64,000 bases of DNA from Catajapyx aquilonaris. Taxonomy: Eukaryota. Numbering within the stretch: the stretch's first letter is position 1; the number at the start of each line of letters is the position of its first letter. Below are positions 43,453 through 57,238 of this stretch, in pieces. The notes under the pieces are model-generated. The model ran no database searches, was not told where the DNA came from, and worked only from the letters and a program-made list of their open reading frames with translations. The stretch spans positions 1 through 64,000 of the forward strand of contig JYFJ02000809.1 of assembly GCA_000934665.2 (NCBI GenBank), in the 5' to 3' direction. A program made the translations under genes and the position numbers.

Positions 43453-45864
43453 ATGCGGTGCTGGGTCACCTGTATGATCGCCTGTATGATTTATTTACAC
43501 AGTGTGGTCGTACTAGTAGCTCAAGGTAAAGTGTACCCTATTTATCCAGAATTTACATGTACAGGTAAGTACTTTCGACTCAGTTTTTGCCATATTTATA
43601 GTTATTCTAGTTGATTATGTTGATTTAGGCTTCATGTCGGACATAATTGAATTGCAATTCTAGTTTTTTTTCTGGTGGATAAAACGGATCCTACTGGTTA
43701 TGCCACTCCTAGGATGCCACCGGGATTGTTGCCTGACTCGCAGGATAGGCTCTGTCGATGGCAATTTTTGTTGGAATATTGCATCCTATACAACATTAAA
43801 TCGCACTTTTAACATTTGTCCTCGCCAGAAATATGGCAGTGACGCCCATCACTTACATGCCAAAAGTGTCAAAACCAGTTTTTCACATTAACCACGCACT
43901 GGCAATGCTCTTGTAAATCACCAACGATTTCCCATATTTTAACAGCAGACATGACAGGCGCAGACCACGTAGAAATGTCAGACTACAGCTCAGCTCACCT
44001 GGCCGGACTAGCCGACGAAGAGATAGAGAACGTCGTCGTCATTCACATTCCGACTGTAAGTCACACGTAGGCTTCCACGAGATCCCAAAAGAATCCTCGT
44101 GTTAATCGCCTTTTATTTCTAGGCGTCTCCGGTGCCACCTAAGCCTCGAAAACGTGCCACCACTGTGAGAGTAAGTCCCCTGCAGGGATATCAGAAACCA
44201 AGCTGACTTTTTTTTAGTGACAGTTATTTCTCCGCATGATATAGACCACACTGGCATCTCCCGAAAAACGAAGGGGAAACTCTGATTTATTCGAGGATCT
44301 GATCAAGAGTAAAACATTAGACATACTCAGGCACGAGAATGAACTCGAAGAATTGGATGAAATTTATGACCGCGTTGAGGACCTGGAACAGCGTGTTAAG
44401 AACGACGAGAAGAAGAATGATGTGCCTGCTGGAAAATCTGCGAACGGCGTGTACTCTAAAAGTTGGTGTGATTACAGTAATTAATGGGGGAAGTTAATTA
44501 ATATTTTTGACGTTGTTTTGCTGATATGTTCCAGACACTAAGGAGATAAATTCTATTAAGAAGTCGAGTGGCACGTCTACAGTGGGGATTGTGCTCGTAT
44601 TTCTGTTCTGCTCTACTATCCTCGGAGTAACAGCGTGCTTAATATTCGTAGGAAGGTCAGTGTTACTACCCAAGTTTATTACTGAGGAGGGTAATATTAT
44701 GTGCACATATTAGGTGTCTGCCAGGTGTTCTCTGTGTATCCACATATGACCAATAGAGGACCCTTTCATATTCAGATGCCATTTGGTTAGGCTAATTGCA
44801 GACATGACCTTTTACATTACAAATGAATGTACAAAATTGCGACTCTTATGTTTAAAGAACAATTCATACCGGTATGTCTTTTCAAGTATTTTTCTGACTC
44901 GATCACCAGCAATACTTCAAGTAATTCCAAACTCAATTTCGATCTGCACTTCAAGCTTCAAATATGTATGCTACCAGACAGTTTTACATTAAGCTGCCGG
45001 CGCGTTAGAGAAGTAGAAAGTTGGAGAGACAATCCGATTGTCAAAGTAGAACATGACATGGGCCCATTTTGATTAAATCCGATTATCGCAGACAAAGAGA
45101 CATCAGCGACCTGGACACGAAATGATCATTTACCTACCATGAATATACTCAAAAAGTTTATCAGTATCATAACTGAACAATAAACTGCGCCAATTTTCCC
45201 TTGCTTATGTCTGAAAAAGTAGACAATATACCCTAATATTAGAAGTTACCGGATAATACAATATTTAAAAATTTGACCAGCCTACACATAATTTTGGTCT
45301 ACATTTTCTTCTCTCAGGCCAAAAAAGACAACAGGAAGTGAGAATTCCCAACAGCAAACAGAAGAGCTGGAGTCCATCCTGACCAGCAGCCCTTCCCAGC
45401 ATACGACCCCCTGCGCATCAGCCCCCTGCGCAGTAGCCCCCTGCGCAGCAGTCCCCTACGCAGCAGTCCCCTGCGACTGCCCTTCCAAGACCACAAACGC
45501 ATGGTGTCAAACAACAGACTTACCCGTAGTAGAGAAGAAGCGATCAGGCCAAATCAAGCACACCAGGAGAGTGTACGGAGCCGTTTCCAAGTACAACACC
45601 GGTGAGTGGTATCTCCGTGTAATCCGTCGGTTGAGTTGACATTTCTTTGTCCTTTCTCGGGCAGATGATTGGATTGACAGGGATAAGTTCTCAGAGACGA
45701 TCATCAGGAACACTCGCCTCAAGATGGTCCCCAGATCCGTCTCAAGTAACGAGGAAGCCGATGACAATGAGGAAGTGCACATTTACACTCGCTCAGGTGT
45801 CACCGACCCGTTCCTGGACCAGATATGCCCTCCCACGTCGTCGTCTTCCAGCAGCGACGATTGA
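43453..45864 (+). CDS. Uncharacterised type I single-pass membrane protein (about 7 exons, 350-363 aa)
   Basis: Exons 43453-43564 (or -43525), 43946-44055, 44123-44170, 44245-44461, 44535-44655, 45318-45601, 45665-45864; every junction is GT-AG and in phase. Hydrophobic N-terminus, short coiled coil (ELEELDEIYDRVEDLEQRVK), TM segment VGIVLVFLFCSTILGVTACLIFVG followed by RRPKK. The 5' exon structure is uncertain. Confidence 0.7.
45407..45477 (+). repeat. 15-bp coding tandem repeat, about 5 copies (PCASA/PCAVA/PCAAV/PYAAV)
   Basis: CCCTGCGCAGCAGTC-like units inside exon 45318-45601. Confidence 0.85.
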
Positions 45865-48695
45865 TTCTCGGAGGATATTAATCACGGAGGCGGATGTAAT
45901 TAAAAAGGACGAAGGAAAACAGTCACCCCTGAAGTAATCGAGTCAGGTCTATTGTGCCAGCTCTCGCCATTTGTAAGAGGTGGATGCCAACCAATCAATA
46001 TCAGCTGCTTCTATTCATTGTCTATATAAACTCTTCCCTATGTGGATTAAAAGTGTTGAGATGATTGGAAAGTCGCTAGATGATGGGGAGGTTCAGCTGA
46101 ATGAGGCACACATCAGAATTCCGAGTGTTACTGGCTGTGTCTGCACAGAGGAGTTCCTTTTTAAAAAATAATTCAAACATGCATTACTATTTACTCTGAG
46201 GTTACCATAATACCTTTTGTCTCCAGTAAAATTGGAAGGCGCAAAAACACATTATTTCCTTAACGTACGTACTGATGGAAATGGAATAATACCGAAAGCG
46301 CATCCAGCATCTCGAAACACAATCCCCATTTTCCTGGGCGAGAAAAGGAATAGATATCACCCAAGGCGTTTCCTTCTTATTGCCTTCTGTATATGCGTCA
46401 ATATTCTCCACTAAGGGAGGCAGCTCGATTCATATTCTGCGAGAGGAAATGTCCGTGTGTGAAAATCTGCGACACCGGAGCAGCATGCTTGGCAAAGTCT
46501 GCGAGACCTGCGGCTGCTTTTCTAAGATAAGGCAAAAATCGCCTCGAGGGTGTTTACTAGTCGGGTTACTCTATATCCAAGTATACGAAAAGGCTTACTT
46601 TAATACCGCAGCGAGAATTTAGCCCAGAAAAATCAGCTTCCCTGAACTGTGTCATTCCTGTTACCTTGTTGGTACAGCCAGTATGTGCACAGTTCAAACT
46701 TCAAAGATATAACAAGTGAGTTATAGTATTCAAACAGAATTCGTGAATATCACGGTAAGAGGCTAAATATAAGTTTTAATTATTCACTTTTCAATTAATA
46801 GTTAAGTGAAAAACTGCGATAGAGCCTCTAGAAGAATTGGCACGTACAAACGGCTGCCTTATGATGTATTCACGAGCAGCCAGATACTGTACAGTACACT
46901 GGCGCCATATAATCAACTCTGCTTCGAGGACTTAATTAGTTGAAAAAACTGGTATGGATGCACGTGTGAGCACGTGTGAGCAAACATAGAGAGGCGTAGG
47001 CCTTAATAGTTACTAAGGTCTATGCACACACAGGCTATATTGATCGGGAGACTGCAATAACGAGTGTCAAGTGCCGCGTGAAATGCGAATTCCTGGGACT
47101 GTACTTACATTCAGTTTCACCTCAAAGGCGAGAGAACTGCAGAAAACAAATTGGGATCCACTCAACTCACTCCCTTACCCAGATTGCCAAGTCACTTTTA
47201 GTGGCTTAATTAGCCCTATTCCATTATGATCGTCTCTCGTAAAGGGCGTTTCATAATGATTGAGATAAATGTCTAGCTGAACTCTAGCTGGTATACAATG
47301 AACACATTTGAGCATTCTATCGAAATAATGATGGGCTTCAAAACGATATCCTGTCAGGTATGCATCCATCCGACTTTGCTCTTTGCGAAGCATAGGTGTT
47401 ACTATAAAATTGTAAAATTCTAAAATAATTTTGTAAGAATCATCATGAAACACCCTGTACTTAATTTCCAGGAAGCCTCCAGCTCCTTCGTCGTTGTCCC
47501 CCCCCCCCTCCCCCTCCCATCACCTGACGTCCGTTATTAATAACACCAGCTGACATTTCTGTGTTGACACCGATTTAGAGCGAGCATAGGTGAGGAGCCA
47601 TTTACAGAGACATCAATACGGATCCTCCGAGTGGTATGGCAGACCAACTCCGGTACAGTGTTATTGGGCCCCCTGGGACTCGGCCCATCTGGTCGCCCTG
47701 CAGCGCTCCATTAGCGATATGTCAGTATAATCTCTCGAGGCACGCGGAGAAAAATACCCCCACATTAATTCTTTCTGTTTGCCAAGGTCGTGTCCGGGAC
47801 GCGGAAGTGACTCAATCCATTGTCGACTGGGGGGGTTCAGGAGTGTATCATAAGTTCGAAACTTGATTGCACGAAAGACCTTCGAGTACCTGAAAATATT
47901 ACACATTTGGATTGTAGTGTACACACTAAGTGGTCAACACGCGATTTAAAAACGAGGAACTACTTTCGCCACAGTGCATTTGGCGGAGCGATATAAAGTT
48001 TCGAAGTTGGTATGCTGATTGGAGCGACGACCGCACACCCACGCTCCTAATTGGTCGAGCCTCTCATGTTGTATTTACCCGCACCTAATTAGGCAGTTAT
48101 ATTTTTGATGTGTCGCGTTACACACGTGTATTACATTATATTGACGTGACAAATTAAATAGCGTGGACGGTTGATAAACAAGTCGGACGCGTTTCCACAC
48201 CCACAGCCTGCGAAAACATTTTGCATAAAATAACTCTATCAACGCGACTCTGTGTCAATAGCCTACTCTCTTAGGGACTCACGCTGGTTGCCTAGAAAAT
48301 TATAACATGCATATGTAGCTAAGCAGCATTCGGCAAATGGGCACCTACGTCAATTTCAGATGAATATTTTAACATGGTCCCTTTTTATGCCCTTTTGTAT
48401 GAAGAAGCGAACAAAGGGCGTTACGAATGGCTGCATTTTGTTGTCACAATTATAGACAGAAAGAGATGGATTTATCAACGTTGCACAGCCTTTATATGCA
48501 TCAGTGACGACGCGACGCGACGCCTCCTGCGTCAAATTCTTTGCGCACGTGGAGAACGGCTGTGACACTACAATAGGCAGCACCTCCTCCTAGATCAAGA
48601 TGATTAGGGTACTGCCATTCAGAAAACGTCTATACACGAAAGCAGGCAGCCAAGTTCCCGAATTCAAGTATACCGGTACAGTATATTATTTTATA

Positions 48696-49081
48696 CAGGG
48701 TGTTTCGTTATGATTCCGACCAACCTGCATGGGTAATTAATAAGCTCCGGGCACTTGCCAATATATTATGCAGATATGCCATTTTGTCCCAGAAACCTCA
48801 TTACCGACATAATGAGCTTCAATCGTAAGTACAAAATATCCTGGCAAGTATGTGACCCCCAGTACGACATTACCCTTGAATTTTAAAATAAACGTTAGCT
48901 GTGAAGTTTAATTTAAACTACGATATCACGAAATCCAGCAGGCAGTCGCCCAGATAATTGAAGTGTGGCAGGCTGTCTGCGGGCAACAAGACATGGTATA
49001 TTAATACTAATTGTTTCAGTAACGAGGCTGCGAAATGACACAGGAAATTCCATGTTGTATGCATCGTTACAAAACACCCTG
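48696..49081. mobile_element. Mariner-type MITE with TA TSD
   Basis: TA|CAGGGTGTTTCGTTATGAT ... ATCGTTACAAAACACCCTG|TA; 386 bp, non-coding. Similar lone ends (AAACACCCTGT) near 47450 and 60270. Confidence 0.8.
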
Positions 49082-52000
49082 TATTATACACAGTTGGAGT
49101 AAAAAGTTGCGCATGACACTCCTCAAACCCATTGCATTAATGACGTTTTCGTCAATACGCTAGTTTCGAGCCTAACTCCGACACAAAAACCGGATCATCT
49201 GATTATAAGCTAGATTTTACAAAGGGTTGCACACCTCCAATCGTGTCATATGATAATCCTCCATTTTCAATGCGCTATCCTCTTCAAGCTATTGAATTTT
49301 CCTGTCATATTGGCTTCACATATTGGATGAAAAATATTCCCTGGAACGTTTGAACCCCTTCTTCTTACAGCTTTCTTCACCCTTGGATAATATAGTGCAG
49401 TTTCGAATCCTTTCATACTGCACTGTCATAAAGGCGCTCTTTACAATACCATATGAACGATATCACTTCAACGACAGAGGAGCAGACTAGACGTGTAACT
49501 TCAAAGATATCCTTCACATTTGAAGAGTGTCCATTTATCTCCCTTCCCAAAACATAAACTCCTGGACCCCACTAGCATGTATACGGTTACATAGAGCACT
49601 TGGTACAATGGCTGATCTAGGCCTGCGGGCTCCCCTGGGAAATGTGAAATCTATCCCAAACCCGTTTACAAGCATCTCTCTGCTCCAAGGCGTATAAGAG
49701 TCGCGGTTTCAATTTCCTGCTTCAGAGAAAAAGGATCCTGCTCTCGAAAAGCAACACAGAAAAAAACATCCCCTGGTGACATGATGGTTTAGAAATATTC
49801 ATTGCTTCACACCTTTAATTTTTAGGTAAGCCATGTTGTAAAATATCACACTTATAAATTAGCGTACGAACAATTTTGCTTCAATAAATGTACACAATGT
49901 TCACGATAAATGTGTGGTTAAAAACTTTCTTGTTTTCAATTTAAAATAATTGTGGAAATAATGGAGTTTGCCATATAGTGTAGGGCTGGATATGTCTGGA
50001 AGCATTTCAAGTCCTGTGCAATCTTGTCAGAAGGTTTTATGGAGTTTACTTTCAGATTAATGACGCCTGAGAGCTTTTTCTTCTGGGCTCTTCACTTCTT
50101 CCTTCCTGCTAACAGTAGTGGTCTCACAGCAAACAATTTCCGGAACTCATCTTAAGGCTGACTTTTTGGCAACAAAAACACCCCTTGCAAAGTAATGTTG
50201 CTTGAAAAAGGCCCCTCCAGTCATGCATTGTGAATGCAAACATGTAGGATGAGAATATTTTTTTTCGCCCTTTTTACACTCCAGGCGGGAAGAACACTGG
50301 CGTAAATAGTTAATTCGCAATTCAGAGTTCCAGACAGTGGAAATACGTTTCAGAAGGTACATCTTAAACACACTTTAAATAATTTCAGGAGTAACGTTCA
50401 CATTCAAAATGGCCTCCAGCAACGTAGTTAAGGCTGAAAGTGGCAACCAATGTCTTGAGCCAATGGTGCCACAAATGAAAATGTATAGGCCATCCCACAA
50501 ATAAAATTTGAAAGCGACTAGCCTCGATACAAAACGAACCCCGGGTAAGGACTAAAAAGAGAGTGCGGTGGAGCAGGAGGAGATTTCAGCTGCGACATGT
50601 TCAGACGACAGTAAACAAAGAAATGCGGCTTGGAAACCAATGTAAGCCAGGGAATCGTCTCCGTGGCAACCCTCGCCCAGTACAGTATTACACGGAGGCT
50701 AGTTTTATTTTCCCTGTATGCTTGCATGCAAGCATAATGGCAGACCATTGCTGGTTATTGGCGCATATTCAGCTCCAAGCTGTTCGCAATAATTATCTGA
50801 AGCCCTATTTTTGAAGTAGAGTTCGTATATCAGTTCATTCACTGGTGAAAATTGCGTGAATTTTTGCCATGTTATGACGTTTTATGTAACACTGACTTAT
50901 TATTTTCACTCGTTGAAAAATTTCCTGGTGTACTAGAATTAAAGTTACTGCCATTGTAAGTTGACCTTTGCGAAACATTCTAAAGTAGGAAAAAAGGAAT
51001 TATTTTTATGCGCACCTACAAATGAATTCCCTGTGCTCGGGACTAATGAAATCTTAGCATCAGGTTGGTAATTAATGATCATGGGACTGTCCGGGCTGGA
51101 TGATTTAAGGCTTATTATATTGATTTTAGGACGACAAACTGCAGAAGACCTTTCAAAAAGCCCCTTCACAAATCCGATTACAGCAACATGATTTTTTTGC
51201 TATATCATACATATTCATCCACAACATTTTCCTTGGAAATATGATTATTTTATGTGTTCGCATAAGAACAATCTTTTGGAAATGAATTGCGCTAGTGAAA
51301 GTTGAATTATGCAAACCAAAAAGAAAGATTGGAAATGGCTAAAAACCGCACTATTTCAACAAAAAGTCATTTTCTACATCTACATTACTGAATTTCTGGT
51401 CAGGATGTTTAGTAAATAAGGACATCACGAGTGACTGACTAATCTTGTTTTCATATGTAAATTCAAGTGAAGCAGATTAACGCAGATAAAAACTTTACAA
51501 TTCGATCGATACCTTCTGCATACTCGATCGCATAGACCAACTACAGGAAATAACATTATTGCAGTACTTTCCGAACCGAAACTCTAAACGGGCAATGTAA
51601 TTTTTGACAAGTATACGCTCAGCACGCTCCATTGGGCTAATAACCCCAGGAAATAGCGGTAATTATTTTTCAGCAGAATTCTCTCCCCAACAGCTCATAA
51701 ATCCTACCGAATACATGCTTATTAGGTGCTGTAATATTTTGATCAAACAAGGAGGTTAATTAAGTACTCAACTGGTATGTATGCAATGGCTCTTCTCTAA
51801 TATACCACATTCTCTGATATTTAATGAAGCGGTCATCAGTATTATTGTATTGTCCAAATATTATCCACACTGTGTTTCAAGGCAATTAAGTTCATTTTGA
51901 GCATAGATACGTGAGGTAATATAGGCTTGCCTATATTACTTAACATATCTAATCATGTACCGGTATATAATTTTTAATGAAATGAAATAAATGTCAAAGA

Positions 52001-55000
52001 GAGATTCAGTTAATGCGGAGTATTTAGCAGAATGTTAATTGGACCTGGTAACTACTGGTGGGTCTGCCTTGCTAATGAACCCACGGTGTAGGGTCAGTTC
52101 ATAGGAGGTACTGTACACACATACTCGTAAGTGGAGCAGACCGAGGCTGCAAAACACCATACCCTAGTGACAAGCGAATTTATAGCTCTCAACGGGCGGG
52201 CGAAAGAACTGCTATTAAAATTCCCCGGTAATGCCCGTTTCACGTTATAATTACCAACATCGTGATGATAAGCTTCAAATCTATTGCCCGCGAGATCACA
52301 GGTCGTTGGATGTGTCATTGTGAACAACTCCAGGATTATAACCTAAGCTATTAATAACATAGTCCATGCAAGTACTAATAAAATGTTATAGCCAGCTTCT
52401 ATGCGACTGTGGAATATGTGCTCAGTACCCAATAATCGTAAATTAAAACATTACTTCATCATTGATTATAAATAGCGACCAATGCTCCCACATAGCGTTT
52501 TTAAACGATTCATTTGCATCGACATTCAAGATGGATGAGAGCTTCAATTGTATTCAGCCCTTATTGAATCAAAATGAGAAGCACTATCTAACCCACGCAA
52601 CAATGAGCAAATGTTTGACGATGCGGAATAAATCTTAAGATACCATCTGATGCTGCCTTGCTTTATGCAATTATCCTCTGTGTAAATGGGCAAAAAACGC
52701 AAATTCTGCTTCTTGCCATTTGTGTTTTCGCTATCTGGGCTCAGCCTGGGAAACTAGGGGCTCACTTTAAGTCGGGCTTATCGGCGTTAACTACTCTTGC
52801 GAGCACAGCAGGAGCTCGTTTTCGGCTGGACTCAATTGCGCGTAATGAGCATTTCGTACTCTGGATGACCCGGCTGAGATGGTAACAGTCGCCTTGACCT
52901 TTTTTTTGGACAGCTTTAGTGCAGAGATGGCACTGCGTTTATTACAGCATTGTTACGAGCTGGGTTTTTTGGCTCCTGTAAACTAAAAGAGCCCCAGGGA
53001 GCTCGGTTATTGAAGGATCCCACAGAGACCCATTAATTTTGAATGCGAAGTGTTTTTGCCGTTTTTGATGCCAAAACGTTGAACTTTTGGTACATCGATT
53101 TTTCAGTCCCAAAATTCTGGGACTGTAGGCTCTATTTCCACCACATTTCCCTTGGACTATCCCCATGAATGTCCAACTGGTTAGTACTGTTCGATATCAT
53201 TCGATCAGGTGGAAAATAGCCTCTGAATCATCTAGAGGTCTATAGTAAAAAATATTTCTAGGAAAATTGAGCTTGCCAAATTAACAATTATTTTAGTCGT
53301 GCAAACATAATTATTTCATATTCCGAACATTTCAAAATTGCTTCAGGCCACTCATTCTGCATACATTGCGCAGTTCATTTACTGTAGTTTGAAATACGGA
53401 ACAGTTTTTCCCCTAGACATCAAGCTAATTTTGTCAATTCGTCGTTGACAAAAAAATGTCCTTAGCTCAGCACAAGCTTGATTGCCAGGGATGTAATAAA
53501 TCCCTGCTGCTGAAGCTTATTACAGGCTTTTAGGATATTGACACTTTTTCTTTAATATTAAAAAAAGGCAAGTAGCTTAACGATCGTGCTTCTACTACCT
53601 TTCCGAGGATATCCGTTTTATCCGGATTCCATTACTTTTTGAGCTGCTGCCATTCTTTGGATCCTTATCTGTCATCAGAGACAAGGCAATGGCATGCAGG
53701 TGTCGACGGGTAGTTACCACGTAATGAGCAACTTGGCACCGTCCCAGTTATACGACCCCGAGACTGGTTATTGACACCTAAAACCCGGTTCCACATTGGC
53801 CGAGCCGACAGCCCGGATTACGGAGCCGGATCTCCTCCGGACAACAATATAAGGTTAGGACTATAGTCGACAGCCAGAAAGGCAGGAAAAATGCTGAGGA
53901 TCGATCACACGATAAAAATTCGGTTAACGTAGTCTCCCAAGTTACGAGTCTGGTGGACCATTAATTTAGATCGCCACTTTATGCTAAGCTAAATTATGGC
54001 AGAAAATTAATCATAACCAATCCACACGGAGCTGGATTTTTATGGCGGGTTCTCTCATTTCAGAGTGATTAGCGGTTAAGTCTCTCAGATGGTATATATC
54101 CTTTGGTGTTTAATTTGGGTTAATTTGATACAGCTGAGAGGATGGCCTCTTCCTGCGTAATGATTATCATCGATATTTCTGTTTTAATAATTGACTTTGG
54201 CCTGAAGGTACTGTAACATATTGTTATGAAGGAAGCAAAAATGGTTTTATTTTGGATATAGACCGGCTGTGGTAACAAACTGCCTTGCTTAATTCATTAC
54301 AGATGTAATTTACATATGTATAATTATCACTCATGTTGCTGCTGCACCGTCCCATGCATAATTAAAGTTGTTTTTATCAGATCTGCCTGACACTGACTCG
54401 GTTAATATTGTGCAGTTAGTGAATATTCAGAAGTTCAGTAATGATTTATGAGATAGCGAACATCACATTATGAGAGCGATAGTAGAATGCATCTTGCTAT
54501 TTGCATACATTGTTGTTGCAGTGAATAAGTAATAAGTAGTCTGCCTAAAAATTCGTCAATTGACGTTACAAAACGCAACACATTTTGCGAATATTTTCTT
54601 CTTTTAACTGGACTGTTCTATTCTCGACAGTATTTTTACTAAAGTGTCAGCAGCACTACTGCGCCATTCAAAAATTATCACTGAAGCCAGATCAGAGTCA
54701 GTCTCTTTTCAATGCTTTGTAGAGGACCATATACTTCAAACAGCTTTTTTCGCTAAAATATCAAAAGGATTGGGAAACAATTTCACTAATCTAGGTAATA
54801 ACACACTATGCCGCGCATTATCATTCAGTGTGCACACAATTCGCATAGCTCTATCCTTTTGTGCCATGTTCTGCTGAACTTCTCTCAATGTTCCACCGAA
54901 CAATCCATTAGCCTTCAGGAAACGCCTATTGCAGCAGCAAAATTATTCACAATCTGCCCTGCTTCATCGACATCAATTTGTTCTTGTAAATCGCTTTCTT

Positions 55001-57078
55001 ACGAGGCCTCCAGTCATATCTCTCTCTGGAAAAGACAATGGAGCTGAAGAGTGCGTAACTCAACCTCAAGCCCTAAGCAAGCCAATATTGTGGTAGGTGA
55101 AAAAAGCCGATCTTCAGCCTTGCTCATCACGTAAGGCAAACACAAATCCCCCTGGAAAGTGTAAAGTGCTTTCTAGGCCTTGCAGACAACCCAGGAAATT
55201 CTCCTTCCACCAATCCCAGCATGCCCTACATCCCTTTATTCACACACTATTTCATTTTCCTGTTGCTCTACCTTCCCATCAGACATCTCCATCGCAGTAA
55301 TTCAGATGCATTCGCGGATATAATTACATGCGTGAATAATGCATGATGCCGACTTACAGTTCCGCCCGATGGAATATAACATGGGCTGTATGCTAAATGT
55401 AGCGTATGATAACAAATTTTACGCATCGTGATTAAGTAATGAGGTGTTACTTTTCATGATAAACTATTATGAGGAAATAGTTAATTACTGAACAGGTGGA
55501 TGCGCAGAACCACCGTGAGCAAAACGGGTATTTAAAAAAATAATACTGACATTTATGCATAACTGACACCGTTCATATTTTCAGTGCCCAGACGTAAATT
55601 ATTGTAACTGAAATAATACTAGATGAAACTGAAAGGGGTCATCATATTTTTCTCTAGGTGGCAAGTTCCGCCTTTACGACGAAATAAAAGAAAACTGCAG
55701 CGAGATCTTGCTCTGAATTCCCAAGCAGCGAATATACCTTTTATTATGATACAACTGTAACGCAATAATACCGCTGAGCAAAGTTTTGTGACACTTATTA
55801 AATGGTCAGTCTTTAACATCCAGATAATATGACCCCGACAATCCGACATTAATTCTCGTCTAATATTTCAGTCATAATTGACCTCAAAATCTCTTGGTCA
55901 ATATGGCACGTTACAGATCAGATGTTCAAAGTAAACTATGGAACATCACTGCAACATACGCACATGTGCAAAGCTCTGGATATGATTCAATTAATTCATC
56001 CTGCTGGATCAACCCAGCGGATCGACACGTTGATCTAACCGTGGTCAGGATTTGTCACTCCGAAGGTCCACTTAAATCCGAACCTGACCGCACAGTATCG
56101 ACAGCTGGAAAAGTATGAGGGTCAATTAATTACCACGATGCCCTCCCATCACTACCACCAACCACCCTCATCCAGCTAATGCCACCAGACATACTAAGCT
56201 GAGTTACATCAATACCAAATTAAACGGAAGTCGCACTGGCTGCCACTCGTCAATTTGTCATAATTAACTTGCCCGCGCACAGGTTAATTAAATATTTAGT
56301 GTCGCTTCGACAACGAGTGTCTTTGTGACAACAGTTACCGTTCCTGTAACTGCTTGTCTATAAAGGGAGAGTCTATCCAGAGTCAGACTGAGGGAGACCA
56401 GAGTGGAAGACAAGGGCTGTGTTTGACATTTGTCCGGATTCCCCCCTGCTGGTAACCTCAATAACGATCCTCTCCAGTAACTGACTGGAATATCGATGCG
56501 GGTTTGCCATGTCTACACCCTTCTGTCCAAATCGTACGTCAGGATAAAACCGCAGCAACTGACCCTGAGGCTTCAATTCCCATGCAAAATACTCATTATT
56601 CTGTTCAATTTTGTACTTCGTTTAAAAGTTATAGGCATCATCCGAGTAGTCTTCCGTTTTCCCTTGGGCGTCATGGTTCGAGTCATTTTGCTAAAATTAT
56701 GGCCATGTTGATAACCCCTGGATTGCGATTTGGTGAGATTAAAGTCCCAGCTCAAAATCCCTCCTGGTTTTAATTATTAGAGAGTAATCAGGGTGAAACG
56801 TGCCCAACTTCCCTGAGCACCAAACTGCACAGTTGAAAATACAAAGTGGGGATTTATTGCCGGCTCATAACTCCGGACGTCCTAGAGGAACGCATCACTG
56901 ACAATAAGTGGCGGAAAACAAGCTCTAATCGCCATAATCAACAGTGCAGATCTGATCAGCAGTTTAGTCAGACGAACTAAATAGATGCATGCCTCCCTGC
57001 ATGGTACTATAATCAAAATGATAATACGGAATAGGAAAAGCATATGTTTCCGTTACCTAGTCGATTTGCGTTAATTAA

Positions 57079-57191
57079 GGTTTTATCGACATTATGGGTT
57101 TTATCCACATTATGGGTTTTATCCACATTATGGGTTTTATCCACATTATGGGTTTTATCCACATTATGGATTTTATCGACATTATGGGTTT
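57079..57191. repeat. 18-bp minisatellite (GGTTTTATCCACATTATG), about 6 copies
   Basis: Read directly; it generates the spurious HNVDKT and LWVLST repeat ORFs. Confidence 0.92.
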
Positions 57192-57238
57192 TTATCATCT
57201 TGGTGAAAATACAACTCACCTTGAAGCAGTGTAGTGCA

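Noticed and set aside
46000..56900. Hidden gene in the long region between the orphan gene and the GPCR
   Set aside because: No phase-consistent exon chain or recognisable protein motif found; only repeat fragments seen, though short exons could have been missed.
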